A stretch of 24,000 nucleotides of DNA from Rhizomicrobium sp. (GTDB lineage Bacteria > Pseudomonadota > Alphaproteobacteria > Micropepsales > Micropepsaceae), in NCBI GenBank assembly GCA_036564785.1, contig DATCOJ010000063.1, positions 6,692 to 30,691 of the forward strand, read 5' to 3'. Shown piece by piece: positions 1 to 7,173 of the stretch. The notes under the pieces are model-generated. The model searched no databases. It was given only the letters and a program-made list of their open reading frames with translations, and was not told the DNA's origin. A program made the translations under genes and the position numbers. Positions within the stretch are counted from its first letter, which is position 1. Each line of letters opens with the position of its first letter.

Positions 1-157
1 GGCAGAGAGCTTCCAGCGTGGTGAAGCGGATGGCGCGGGCCTTGTTGGTCTTGAGGATCGAAAGATTGGCGAGGGTGATGCCGATGCGATCGGCCAGTTC
101 GGTCAGGCTGATCTGGCGCTCCGACATCACCCGGTCGAGATTGAGTTTGATCGACAT
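1..157 (-). CDS. XRE/Cro-C1-type helix-turn-helix regulator (YozG-like). Only the N-terminal part is present; the C-terminus lies beyond the window edge.
   Basis: Reverse-strand translation from ATG (rc of 155-157) gives MSIKLNLDRVMSERQISLTELADRIGITLANLSILKTNKARAIRFTTLEALC..., a short HTH with the ISLTELA..GIT..NLS pattern. It starts 4 nt after the stop (161-163) of the upstream membrane-protein gene, the usual arrangement for YozG-type HTH plus DUF2975 pairs. It is absent from the ORF track because the window edge truncates it. Confidence 0.75.
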   Translation of the reverse strand, partial: MSIKLNLDRVMSERQISLTELADRIGITLANLSILKTNKARAIRFTTLEALC

Positions 158-160
158 GGT

Positions 161-838
161 TCAGACCGTCAGGTCGTTTTCGCGCTGCAGAGCCAGTCCC
201 TGGCGGAACACTTCGGCCAGCGCCAGCACCAGCAGGCCGGAGAAGAACGCCCAGTCGAATCGAACTCGGAACCAATGGCCGTGATCGACGGAGGGCGGCA
301 GATGCACCGGCGTTCCGGAAATCGCGATCTGCGTGTGCTGGGTCAGATAGGCGTACATCGCGTGCGCGAACCAGCTCTCGCCGGCGGCGGAGACGAGCGA
401 AAAGACGATCAGCGCTGCGCCGACGATCTGCACCAGCCGCACGCTTTGCGGCGTGAAGCTGTCGCCCCGCCCGACGTTGCGGAACAGCCGGCGCAGCACT
501 TCGAACAGCGCGGTAAAGAAGAGGGCATCGATGAGAAGCAGCGGCAGGCCGTATCGCTTGAGCAGCGCGATGATTCCAGACGGCTTGTCGACCTCCACGG
601 TGACGTTGCCGTTGAAGGCCCGCGCATTGAGGACCGGCTCCTGACCGCTTGCCTCCGGCTGCAGCGCCAGCGTGGCGGGCTGCCCCATGAAGTCGCCGTG
701 GACGGGGCCGAAATGGGCGCCGGGCGGCAGGCTGGGATCAATCAGCATGACCGCCACCAGGCCCACCGCGGCGAGGGCCGTTAGAACGGCAAGAACCGTG
801 AAAGCCCAGCGGAACAGCTTGGGCAAAATGCGGGTCAT
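161..838 (-). CDS. DUF2975-like integral membrane protein (225 aa from the preferred start)
   Basis: ORF 161..895 (-). The preferred start is M20 (rc ATG at 836-838), preceded by AGGAG (rc of 846-850). The N-terminal TM segment is FRWAFTVLAVLTALAAVGLVAVML, with further hydrophobic helices after it. The C-terminal LAEVFRQGLALQRENDLTV resembles the conserved DUF2975 tail; this family match is from memory. The gene is co-oriented with and abuts the HTH gene. Confidence 0.7.
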   Translation of the reverse strand: MTRILPKLFRWAFTVLAVLTALAAVGLVAVMLIDPSLPPGAHFGPVHGDFMGQPATLALQPEASGQEPVLNARAFNGNVTVEVDKPSGIIALLKRYGLPLLLIDALFFTALFEVLRRLFRNVGRGDSFTPQSVRLVQIVGAALIVFSLVSAAGESWFAHAMYAYLTQHTQIAISGTPVHLPPSVDHGHWFRVRFDWAFFSGLLVLALAEVFRQGLALQRENDLTV

Positions 839-858
839 CGAGCATCTCCTTTGACTCT

Positions 859-888
859 TATCGGTAAACGATATATCGTTTTTCGATA
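859..888. promoter_or_regulatory. AT-rich imperfect 30-bp palindrome with a perfect 16-bp core AAACGATATATCGTTT; candidate operator or promoter element of the DUF2975-HTH operon
   Basis: Sequence read directly: TATCG-GT-AAACGATATATCGTTT-TT-CGATA. The core at 866-881 is a perfect palindrome and the outer 5-bp arms (859-863 and 884-888) are also complementary. It lies 21-50 bp upstream of the 838 start codon and is conspicuously AT-rich in a GC-rich background. Confidence 0.4.
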
Positions 889-1100
889 AAATCAAGAGGG
901 TCTTTCAAAATGCAGCCGAACGCCCGGGCATCCTTGGGAGACGCCCGCGTTCACCGCCGCGGCTGTCCTCCCGGCCTCTTGTTACCTGCAGTCATGTTTT
1001 CGATTCGCAGCGTCATGTCCCCTGGAATCGCCGCCCCTATCTAGGAGGGATGACGGGGACCGGCCGCACTCCCGGGCCGCTCGTCGAGGAAGGCTGTGAA

Positions 1101-1841
1101 ATGACAATTCTCTATGTGAGCCCGGAAGCTCCCGCATTGGTCCGCTATGGCGCAGACGCCCTGCTGGCGACTCATATTGGCGGCGGGGCCATCGGAATTG
1201 TCTCCGGTTTCGTCGCCTTGCTGTCCGGCAAAGGCGAGCGCCTGCATCGCATGGCCGGAACCGTGTTTTTTGCCGCCATGCTCGCCATGGCAACGATCGG
1301 GGCAACGGTTTCGCCATTCCTGCCGACGGGCTTTCTCCAGGAGACGCCGAATGTCATCGCGGGCGTGATGGCCTTCTATCTCGTCCTCACCGGATGGATG
1401 GCGGTGCAGCGCCAAGACGGCAGCATCGGGCGCGTCGAAATCGGAGGCTTCCTCGTCGCGCTCACGGTTTGCGCGGCCGGCGCGATCTTCATCACCCTCG
1501 CCGCCAACAGCCCCACCGGGACCATCGGCAAAACGCCGCCGCAGGCCTTCTATGTCTTCACCCTGGTTGGCGCGATCGCGGCGGCCAGCGACCTCAAGGT
1601 GATTCTGAAGGGCGGCATATCGGGTGCGCCGCGCATCGCACGTCACTTGTGGCGCATGTGCGCCGGGCTGACGCTCGCCTCGGGCTCCTTCTTCCTGGGA
1701 CAGCAGAAATTCCTGCCCCCTTCCTTGCACAACTCGCCGCTACTCTTTCTGCCCGTGCTGGCTCCGCTGGCGGTGATGGCCTTCTGGCTGATCCGCGTTC
1801 GCCTCACCAACTGGTTCAGAAGCGAGCCGGCCGCAGTCTAG
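1101..1841 (+). CDS. Multi-pass inner-membrane protein of unknown function (246 aa)
   Basis: ORF 1050..1841 (+). The preferred start is ATG 1101 (GAGGAAGG upstream). ATG 1050 has AGGAGG only 1 nt upstream, which is too close. About six hydrophobic helices are visible, e.g. GGGAIGIVSGFVALL, AGTVFFAAMLAMATIGA, VIAGVMAFYLVLTGWMAV, IGGFLVALTVCAAGAIFITLA and LLFLPVLAPLAVMAFWLI. I cannot assign a family confidently. Confidence 0.65.
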   Translation: MTILYVSPEAPALVRYGADALLATHIGGGAIGIVSGFVALLSGKGERLHRMAGTVFFAAMLAMATIGATVSPFLPTGFLQETPNVIAGVMAFYLVLTGWMAVQRQDGSIGRVEIGGFLVALTVCAAGAIFITLAANSPTGTIGKTPPQAFYVFTLVGAIAAASDLKVILKGGISGAPRIARHLWRMCAGLTLASGSFFLGQQKFLPPSLHNSPLLFLPVLAPLAVMAFWLIRVRLTNWFRSEPAAV

Positions 1842-1874
1842 GAAAACCGATCCGCGTCCGTTACAGGAGAGATC

Positions 1875-2243
1875 ATGAAACGGTTCTCGATCGCAGCGTT
1901 CCTGGCGGTCCTTGGCGTCGCGCCGGCACTCGCCGCCGACGACGTCATGGCCGGATTCTACGGCAACACGGCGGTCGCCACTGGCGGACCGGCGGAGATT
2001 CACGCCCACTATCGCGCCGACCACACGTTCGATTTCGTCGCTTCGATGATGCTCATGAGCCGTACCTTCAAGGGCACTTGGGCGCTGGACGGCAAGGGCA
2101 ATATCTGCCGGACCTTTATCGGCGACGTGCCGCCGGGCACCACCAATCCGAACTGCGTACCGGTCTCGGCGCGCAAGGTCGGGGACACCTGGAAGTCGCA
2201 GGACGGCACGCGCACCATCACCTTGAAGGCAGGCATTCTGTAG
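1875..2243 (+). CDS. Small secreted/periplasmic protein of unknown function (122 aa)
   Basis: AGGAGA (1865-1870) lies 4 nt before ATG 1875. The Sec signal peptide is MKRFSIAAFLAVLGVAPALA|ADD. Amino-acid composition is sensible, unlike the R/A/G/P-rich overlapping shadow ORFs. Confidence 0.65.
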   Translation: MKRFSIAAFLAVLGVAPALAADDVMAGFYGNTAVATGGPAEIHAHYRADHTFDFVASMMLMSRTFKGTWALDGKGNICRTFIGDVPPGTTNPNCVPVSARKVGDTWKSQDGTRTITLKAGIL

Positions 2244-2463
2244 CCGCACGGCTACCGATTCGCGGCGTCCGCCCCGCGCAGGATTTGCAGTCCGGCAGGT
2301 CACCGACGCATGCATCATTATCTCTTGAAACAAACTGTTCCGATTGCGGCGGAGTCTTGTCGAAAACCTGTTCAGGCGCCCGAAGTTCTGTTACAAACAA
2401 AGCGTCGGAGAGGCGGCCAACTCGCAGTTTTGCGCACAGCCAATGCGAGAGCGGAGGAGAAGA

Positions 2464-3648
2464 ATGATGCATCGTTATCTGACTGCAGGCGTCCTGTCGG
2501 GCTTCATTGCGCTCGGCCTGGCGTCAGTCGCCAACGCGCAAGCGCCGCGCGTCGAGCGTTCCGGAAACACCTATCACATCGCGGCTTGCGGCATGGTCGT
2601 CGGACACGTGGCCCGCTGTCATGCGCGTATCGTGACCGACCAGACGGGCAAGATCAAATTCTCGCCCGCGGGAAAGCCGCCGGTCTCCGGCTACAGCCCC
2701 GCCAATCTGCGCGATGCCTACAAGATCACCGGCTCGGGCAGCTCGTCCACCATTGTCGCGATCGTGGACGCCTATGGCTACAACAATGCGGAATCTGATC
2801 TCGGCGTCTATCGCGCGCAGTTCGGCCTGCCCGCCTGCACCACCGCCAACGGCTGCTTCAAGAAGCTGAACCAGAGCGGACAGCAGGGCAACTACCCGCC
2901 GCAGAACACCGGCTGGGCGCAGGAATCCGCGCTCGACCTCGACATGGCGAGCGCCATGTGTCCCAACTGCAAGATCTACCTGATCGAGGGCACCTCGGCG
3001 ACGTTCGCCAATCTCGCGGCGGCGGAGAACACGGCTGCGGCGCAAGGCGCCCACGCCATCAGCAACTCCTATGGCGGCGGTGAATCCGGCTCGCAGAGTT
3101 ACGAGTCGGCGTACAACCATCCCGGCATCGCCGTGACGGTGAGCTCGGGCGACAGCGGCTACGGCGTGGAATTCCCCGCCTCCTCGCCACACGTGACCGC
3201 GGTGGGCGGCACGCATCTGGTGACGGCCGGCAACAGCCGCGGCTGGACGGAGACCGTGTGGTCGGGCGCGGGCAGCGGCTGCAGCACGATCTACGCCAAG
3301 CCCAGCTGGCAGACCGACAGCGGCTGCTCGCGGCGCACCGTGGCCGACGTTTCCGCGGTGGCCGACCCGAACACCGGCGTTGCGGTCTATGGACCGACCA
3401 GCCGCAATCGCTCGGGCTGGCTCGTCTTCGGCGGCACCAGCGTGGCAGCGCCTCTGATCGCCGGTGTCTATGGCGTCAATGGCGGTTCGGTGAACTACGG
3501 CAGCGATCCCTATGCGAACACCTCGGCGCTGTTCGACGTCACCTCCGGCAGCAACGGCAGCTGCGGCGGCTCGTATCTGTGCACCGGCAAGGTCGGCTAT
3601 GACGGCCCGACGGGGCTCGGCACGCCGAACGGCTCGAGCGCGTTCTGA
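2464..3648 (+). CDS. Secreted S53-family (sedolisin/kumamolisin-like) serine-carboxyl peptidase, paralog 1 (394 aa)
   Basis: GGAGGAG (2452-2458) precedes ATG 2464. The signal peptide is MMHRYLTAGVLSGFIALGLASVANA|Q. S53 hallmarks are present in order: GYSPANLRDAYK, QESALDLDM (catalytic Glu/Asp), SNSYGGGE, SSGDSGYG (oxyanion Asp), FPASSPHVTAVGGT, RRTVADVSAVADPNTG, GGTSVAAP (nucleophile Ser) and GYDGPTGLGTPNG. Confidence 0.8.
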   Translation: MMHRYLTAGVLSGFIALGLASVANAQAPRVERSGNTYHIAACGMVVGHVARCHARIVTDQTGKIKFSPAGKPPVSGYSPANLRDAYKITGSGSSSTIVAIVDAYGYNNAESDLGVYRAQFGLPACTTANGCFKKLNQSGQQGNYPPQNTGWAQESALDLDMASAMCPNCKIYLIEGTSATFANLAAAENTAAAQGAHAISNSYGGGESGSQSYESAYNHPGIAVTVSSGDSGYGVEFPASSPHVTAVGGTHLVTAGNSRGWTETVWSGAGSGCSTIYAKPSWQTDSGCSRRTVADVSAVADPNTGVAVYGPTSRNRSGWLVFGGTSVAAPLIAGVYGVNGGSVNYGSDPYANTSALFDVTSGSNGSCGGSYLCTGKVGYDGPTGLGTPNGSSAF

Positions 3649-3677
3649 GGCTCCAAGCCTGAGTTGAGATTTGTGAA

Positions 3678-3716
3678 TCGTCCCGGGCGGGAACCCTCGC
3701 CCGGGACGAATTCTTT
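3678..3716 (+). terminator. Rho-independent terminator after peptidase paralog 1
   Basis: The stem pairs 3678-3691 with 3696-3709 (tcGTCCCGGGCGGG / CTCGCCCGGGACga, one G.U pair). The loop is AACC, followed by aTTCTTT. It lies 30 nt after the stop codon. Confidence 0.65.
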
Positions 3717-3826
3717 CAGCGGGCCGGCTCGCACGAGCGGAACGCGCCTCAAGCCGACTGCTTCCGAGGCTTGACGCAATCTGCTAGAAGGCCAATCCGC
3801 ACAAGGGGCATCAAGGGAGGGACTCA

Positions 3827-5011
3827 ATGTCACGATTTTCAAGCGGCGGCATTCTGGCGGCGCTGATCGCGCTCGCCATGGCGCCAAACGCCAATGCGCA
3901 GACGACACGCGTGGAGCGCTCCGGCAACACCTATCACAAAGCTGCCTGCGCTCCCGTGGTGGGAGATGCGGCGCGCTGCCATGCCCATGTGGTGACCGAC
4001 CGCGCCGGGCATCTGATCGAAGGCCGCTTCCCGCCCATCAGCGGCTATGCGCCGGCCGACTTGCGCGACGCCTACAAGATCTCCGCCACGGGCACTTCCT
4101 CGACCATCGTCGCCATCGTGGACGCCTTCGGCTACGACAATGCCGAGGCCGACCTCGCCGTCTATCGCGCGCAATGGGGATTGCCCGCCTGCACCACCGA
4201 CAATGGCTGCTTCAAGAAGCTCAACCAGAAGGGCCAGCACAAGAACTATCCGCCGCAGGACATCGGCTGGGCCGAGGAATCCGCACTCGATCTCGACATG
4301 GCGAGCGCCATGTGCCCGAACTGCACGCTCTATCTTGTCGAAGCCGACAGCAATTCCTTCACCCATCTGGGACGGGCGGTGGACACCGCCGCCAGGCTCG
4401 GCGCCCACGTCATCAGCAACAGTTATGGCGGCGGCGAGCATCGCGGCACCCGCGACAAGCTTCACTACTACGACCATCCGGGCATCGCGGTCCTGGCCAG
4501 CACCGGCGATTCCGGCTTCGGCGCGCAGTCTCCCGCCGACATGCCGACCGTAATCGCGGTGGGCGGCACTCATCTGGTGCGCGACACCAGCGACCGCGGC
4601 TGGGGCGAGACGGTGTGGCACGGCGCCGGCAGCGGCTGCAGCCGCTTCCTCGACAAGCCGGTGTGGCAGGCGGACAAGGGCTGCCACAAGCGCACCATCG
4701 GCGACGTGTCGGCGGACGCGGATCCGGCGACTGGCGTTGCGGTGTACGGCCCCAATTCGTCCGGCATTTCGACCTGGCTGAAATTCGGCGGCACCAGCGT
4801 ATCGGCACCGTTGGTCGGCGGCATTTTCGGTGCCAATGGCGGCGCAGTGGATGCGGCCAGCACCATCTATGCCGATCCGGGCGAGCTGTTCGACGTCACC
4901 TCCGGCAACAACGGCACCTGCGACCCGGCGTACCTTTGCACCGGTGAAGTCGGCTACGACGGGCCCACCGGCCTGGGCACGCCGAACGGCATCGGCGCCT
5001 TCGGCAACTGA
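3827..5011 (+). CDS. Secreted S53-family (sedolisin-like) peptidase, paralog 2 (394 aa)
   Basis: GGGAGGG (3815-3821) precedes ATG 3827. The signal peptide is MSRFSSGGILAALIALAMAPNANA|Q. The same motif series as paralog 1 is present: EESALDLDM, SNSYGGGE, STGDSGFG, VIAVGGT, GGTSVSAP and GYDGPTGLGTPNG. In an 83-aa stretch aligned by eye (SSTIVAIVDA... to ...YL[IV]E) I count 67 identical positions. Confidence 0.8.
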   Translation: MSRFSSGGILAALIALAMAPNANAQTTRVERSGNTYHKAACAPVVGDAARCHAHVVTDRAGHLIEGRFPPISGYAPADLRDAYKISATGTSSTIVAIVDAFGYDNAEADLAVYRAQWGLPACTTDNGCFKKLNQKGQHKNYPPQDIGWAEESALDLDMASAMCPNCTLYLVEADSNSFTHLGRAVDTAARLGAHVISNSYGGGEHRGTRDKLHYYDHPGIAVLASTGDSGFGAQSPADMPTVIAVGGTHLVRDTSDRGWGETVWHGAGSGCSRFLDKPVWQADKGCHKRTIGDVSADADPATGVAVYGPNSSGISTWLKFGGTSVSAPLVGGIFGANGGAVDAASTIYADPGELFDVTSGNNGTCDPAYLCTGEVGYDGPTGLGTPNGIGAFGN

Positions 5012-5024
5012 CGTTCGGCAAAGG

Positions 5025-5066
5025 AATCGGTCCGGGCGAGAACCCTCGTCCGGACCGATTTTTTTC
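5025..5066 (+). terminator. Strong rho-independent terminator after peptidase paralog 2; may also serve the convergent lipoprotein gene
   Basis: A 16-bp stem pairs AATCGGTCCGGGCGAG (5025-5040) with CTCGTCCGGACCGATT (5045-5060), including one G.U pair. The loop is AACC and a run of seven T follows (5059-5065). Confidence 0.8.
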
Positions 5067-5086
5067 GGTGCGTCGCTCGAATGCGA

Positions 5087-5524
5087 TCAGCTGGTCGGGC
5101 GTCCGCTGCCGGCCGGTGTCATCGAAGCGCCCGGCGCGGCGCCGGCCGGAGTCATCGGCACTTCGAAGGCGTGCGGATACTTGTTCATCGCCCCCGTTCC
5201 CGCATCGATGGCCACCCCAACCACGCCGCCGATTATGAGATTGCCCAAGGTCCAGCCCGCGAAATCGGCCGGGATGGTGGCAGTCGCCGTCTGAAAGCCC
5301 GGCTTGCTGCACTGGATGGCCATGTCGTGCCGGCTCTTCTTGACCGCGACGGTCCCCGGCGTGGTGACCGTCCACTCGCCGCGCGAATTCGAAAGCGTGC
5401 AGTTCGCCCCCGTGGTCGGCGGCGAAGTGATGGCGATGGATTCAGTCTGGCCTTCCATGATGGAAGCGCAGCCGGACAAGGCCACGCCGAGCGCGGCCAC
5501 GGCCGCGAGTGCTGACGATTTCAT
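5087..5524 (-). CDS. Lipoprotein of unknown function (145 aa)
   Basis: ORF 5087..5620 (-). The preferred start is M33 (rc ATG 5522-5524) with an upstream AGGGGAAAC. The lipobox is MKSSALAAVAALGVALSG|C. A Gly-rich C-terminal segment reads GNLIIGGVVGVAIDAGTGAM. Confidence 0.75.
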   Translation of the reverse strand: MKSSALAAVAALGVALSGCASIMEGQTESIAITSPPTTGANCTLSNSRGEWTVTTPGTVAVKKSRHDMAIQCSKPGFQTATATIPADFAGWTLGNLIIGGVVGVAIDAGTGAMNKYPHAFEVPMTPAGAAPGASMTPAGSGRPTS

Positions 5525-5787
5525 GATGTTTCCCCTAAGCCCAGTTGGAGCGCAGAGAGTAGTCGCCGGGCCAATGCAGGGCAACTCCCGGCCGCAGATT
5601 CTCCAGACCGGGGCAAGCAATCACGGCCTGTTCCCGGACCATACGTAGATTTACCTATTGGACGGCCCTGCGAATCGGGGACAAATCCAAGGCGCCGCTC
5701 GCGCCGCGGGCGATGAGCGTTTAGGTTTGTCGATCATGCACCCGTCCGCGGCCTTGGTGAGCGGCGGAGCATCCCCGGGGGCCGGTC

Positions 5788-7173
5788 ATGCATCTCGATC
5801 CCTTGCTGTTGTCGCGGCTGCAGTTCGTCTGGGTGGTCGCCTTCCACATCCTCTTACCGGCCTTCACCGTCGGCATCGCCTCCTACATCGCGCTGCTCGA
5901 GGGGCTCAACTTCTTCACCGGCCGCGACATCTATTTCCGCGTCTCCAATTTCTGGATCCGCATCTTTGCCATCTCCTTCGGCATGGGGGTGGTCTCCGGC
6001 ATCGTCATGCCGTTCCAGTTCGGCACCAATTGGAGCCGCTTTTCGGACGCCACCGCCAACGTGCTGTCGCCGCTGCTGGCCTATGAAGGTCTGACGGCCT
6101 TCTTCCTCGAGGCCGCGTTCCTCGGCGTGCTGCTGTTCGGGCGCAACCTGGTGCCGCGCTGGGCGCATTTCGTCGCCGCCCTGATGGTGGCGGGCGGCAC
6201 GCTGTTCTCCTCCTTCTGGATCCTGGCGACCAACAGCTGGATGCAGACGCCGGCCGGCTACAAAATCGTCGATGGCCGCTTCTTTCCGGCAAGCTGGATG
6301 GAAATCATATTCAATCCCTCCTTCCCCTATCGCCTCGCCCACACCGTCGTCGCCTTCTACATCACCACCGGCTTCGTGGTGATTGCGGTGGCCGGCTGGC
6401 TGATGCTGCGCAAGCGCTTCGCCGAAGAAGGCAAAGTGATGCTGTCGACCACGTTGTGGCTGCTGACAATTCTGGTGCCGCTGCAGATCCTGCTGGGCGA
6501 TCTGCACGGGCTGAACACGCTGCGCTATCAGCCGGCGAAGGTGGCGGCGATCGAGGCGCACTGGAACCGCGAGACGCACGCGCCGCTCACCTTGTTCGCG
6601 CTGCCGGACGAGAAAGCGGAGAGCAACCGCGCCGCGGTCAATGTTCCCGAGCTCGGCAGTCTCATCCTCACCCATTCGGCGAGCGGCGAGGTGCCCGGCT
6701 TGAAGCAATGGCCGGCGGCGGACCGCCCGCCTGTCGCCATCACCTTCTTCGCCTTCCGCATCATGGTGGGCGTGGGCCTCCTGATGCTGGCCGTGGTGCT
6801 CGTCGGTTTGATCCTGCGCCTGTCGCGACGCCTCTACAGCTCCGATTGGTACCTGCGCGCCTGCCTGTGGGCGGGACCCCTCGGCTTCATCGCCGTGCTG
6901 GCCGGCTGGACCACCACCGAAGTGGGCCGCCAGCCCTGGACGGTCTACGGCCTGATGCGCACGGCGGATTCCGTCTCGCCGTCGCTAACCGGCTGGGACG
7001 TGGTGCTGTCGCTGCTGGGCTATATGGCGGTGTACCTGATCCTGTTTCCCGCGGGCGCCCTGATGATGGCGCGGGTGGTGCGCACCGGCCCCATCGCGGT
7101 ATCCGAACGAACGCCGGTGGAAAGCGGGCGGCCTGAAGGTCCCGTCACCGCCATTCCGGGAGCCGCGCCATGA
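5788..7173 (+). CDS. cydA: Cytochrome bd-type ubiquinol oxidase subunit I, short Q-loop (CIO-like), 461 aa
   Basis: The N-terminus MHLDPLLLSRLQFVWVVAFHILLPAFTVGIASY is the classic CydA start. Also present are GRDIYFRVSNFW, WMQTPAGY and EVGRQPW. The 461-aa length fits the short Q-loop, cyanide-insensitive subclass rather than the ~520-aa E. coli type. Confidence 0.9.
   Translation: MHLDPLLLSRLQFVWVVAFHILLPAFTVGIASYIALLEGLNFFTGRDIYFRVSNFWIRIFAISFGMGVVSGIVMPFQFGTNWSRFSDATANVLSPLLAYEGLTAFFLEAAFLGVLLFGRNLVPRWAHFVAALMVAGGTLFSSFWILATNSWMQTPAGYKIVDGRFFPASWMEIIFNPSFPYRLAHTVVAFYITTGFVVIAVAGWLMLRKRFAEEGKVMLSTTLWLLTILVPLQILLGDLHGLNTLRYQPAKVAAIEAHWNRETHAPLTLFALPDEKAESNRAAVNVPELGSLILTHSASGEVPGLKQWPAADRPPVAITFFAFRIMVGVGLLMLAVVLVGLILRLSRRLYSSDWYLRACLWAGPLGFIAVLAGWTTTEVGRQPWTVYGLMRTADSVSPSLTGWDVVLSLLGYMAVYLILFPAGALMMARVVRTGPIAVSERTPVESGRPEGPVTAIPGAAP

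Noticed and set aside
2344-2463. N-terminal extension of peptidase paralog 1 (ORF track start at 2344)
   Set aside because: The extension (MRRSLVENLFRRPKFCYKQ...) precedes the obvious signal peptide and lacks an SD. ATG 2464 has GGAGGAG upstream and gives exactly the same length (394 aa) as paralog 2.
1394-2467. 357-aa plus-strand ORF
   Set aside because: It is out of frame with the membrane-protein gene and the small secreted-protein gene, and is Arg/Gly/His-rich. The supported genes have SD sequences, signal peptides and TM helices; this ORF has none.
5525-5787. Possible FNR/FixK box upstream of cydA (TTGTCGATCATGCA near 5727-5740)
   Set aside because: It matches only about 6 of the 10 consensus positions of TTGAT-N4-ATCAA, which is too weak to call without comparative data.
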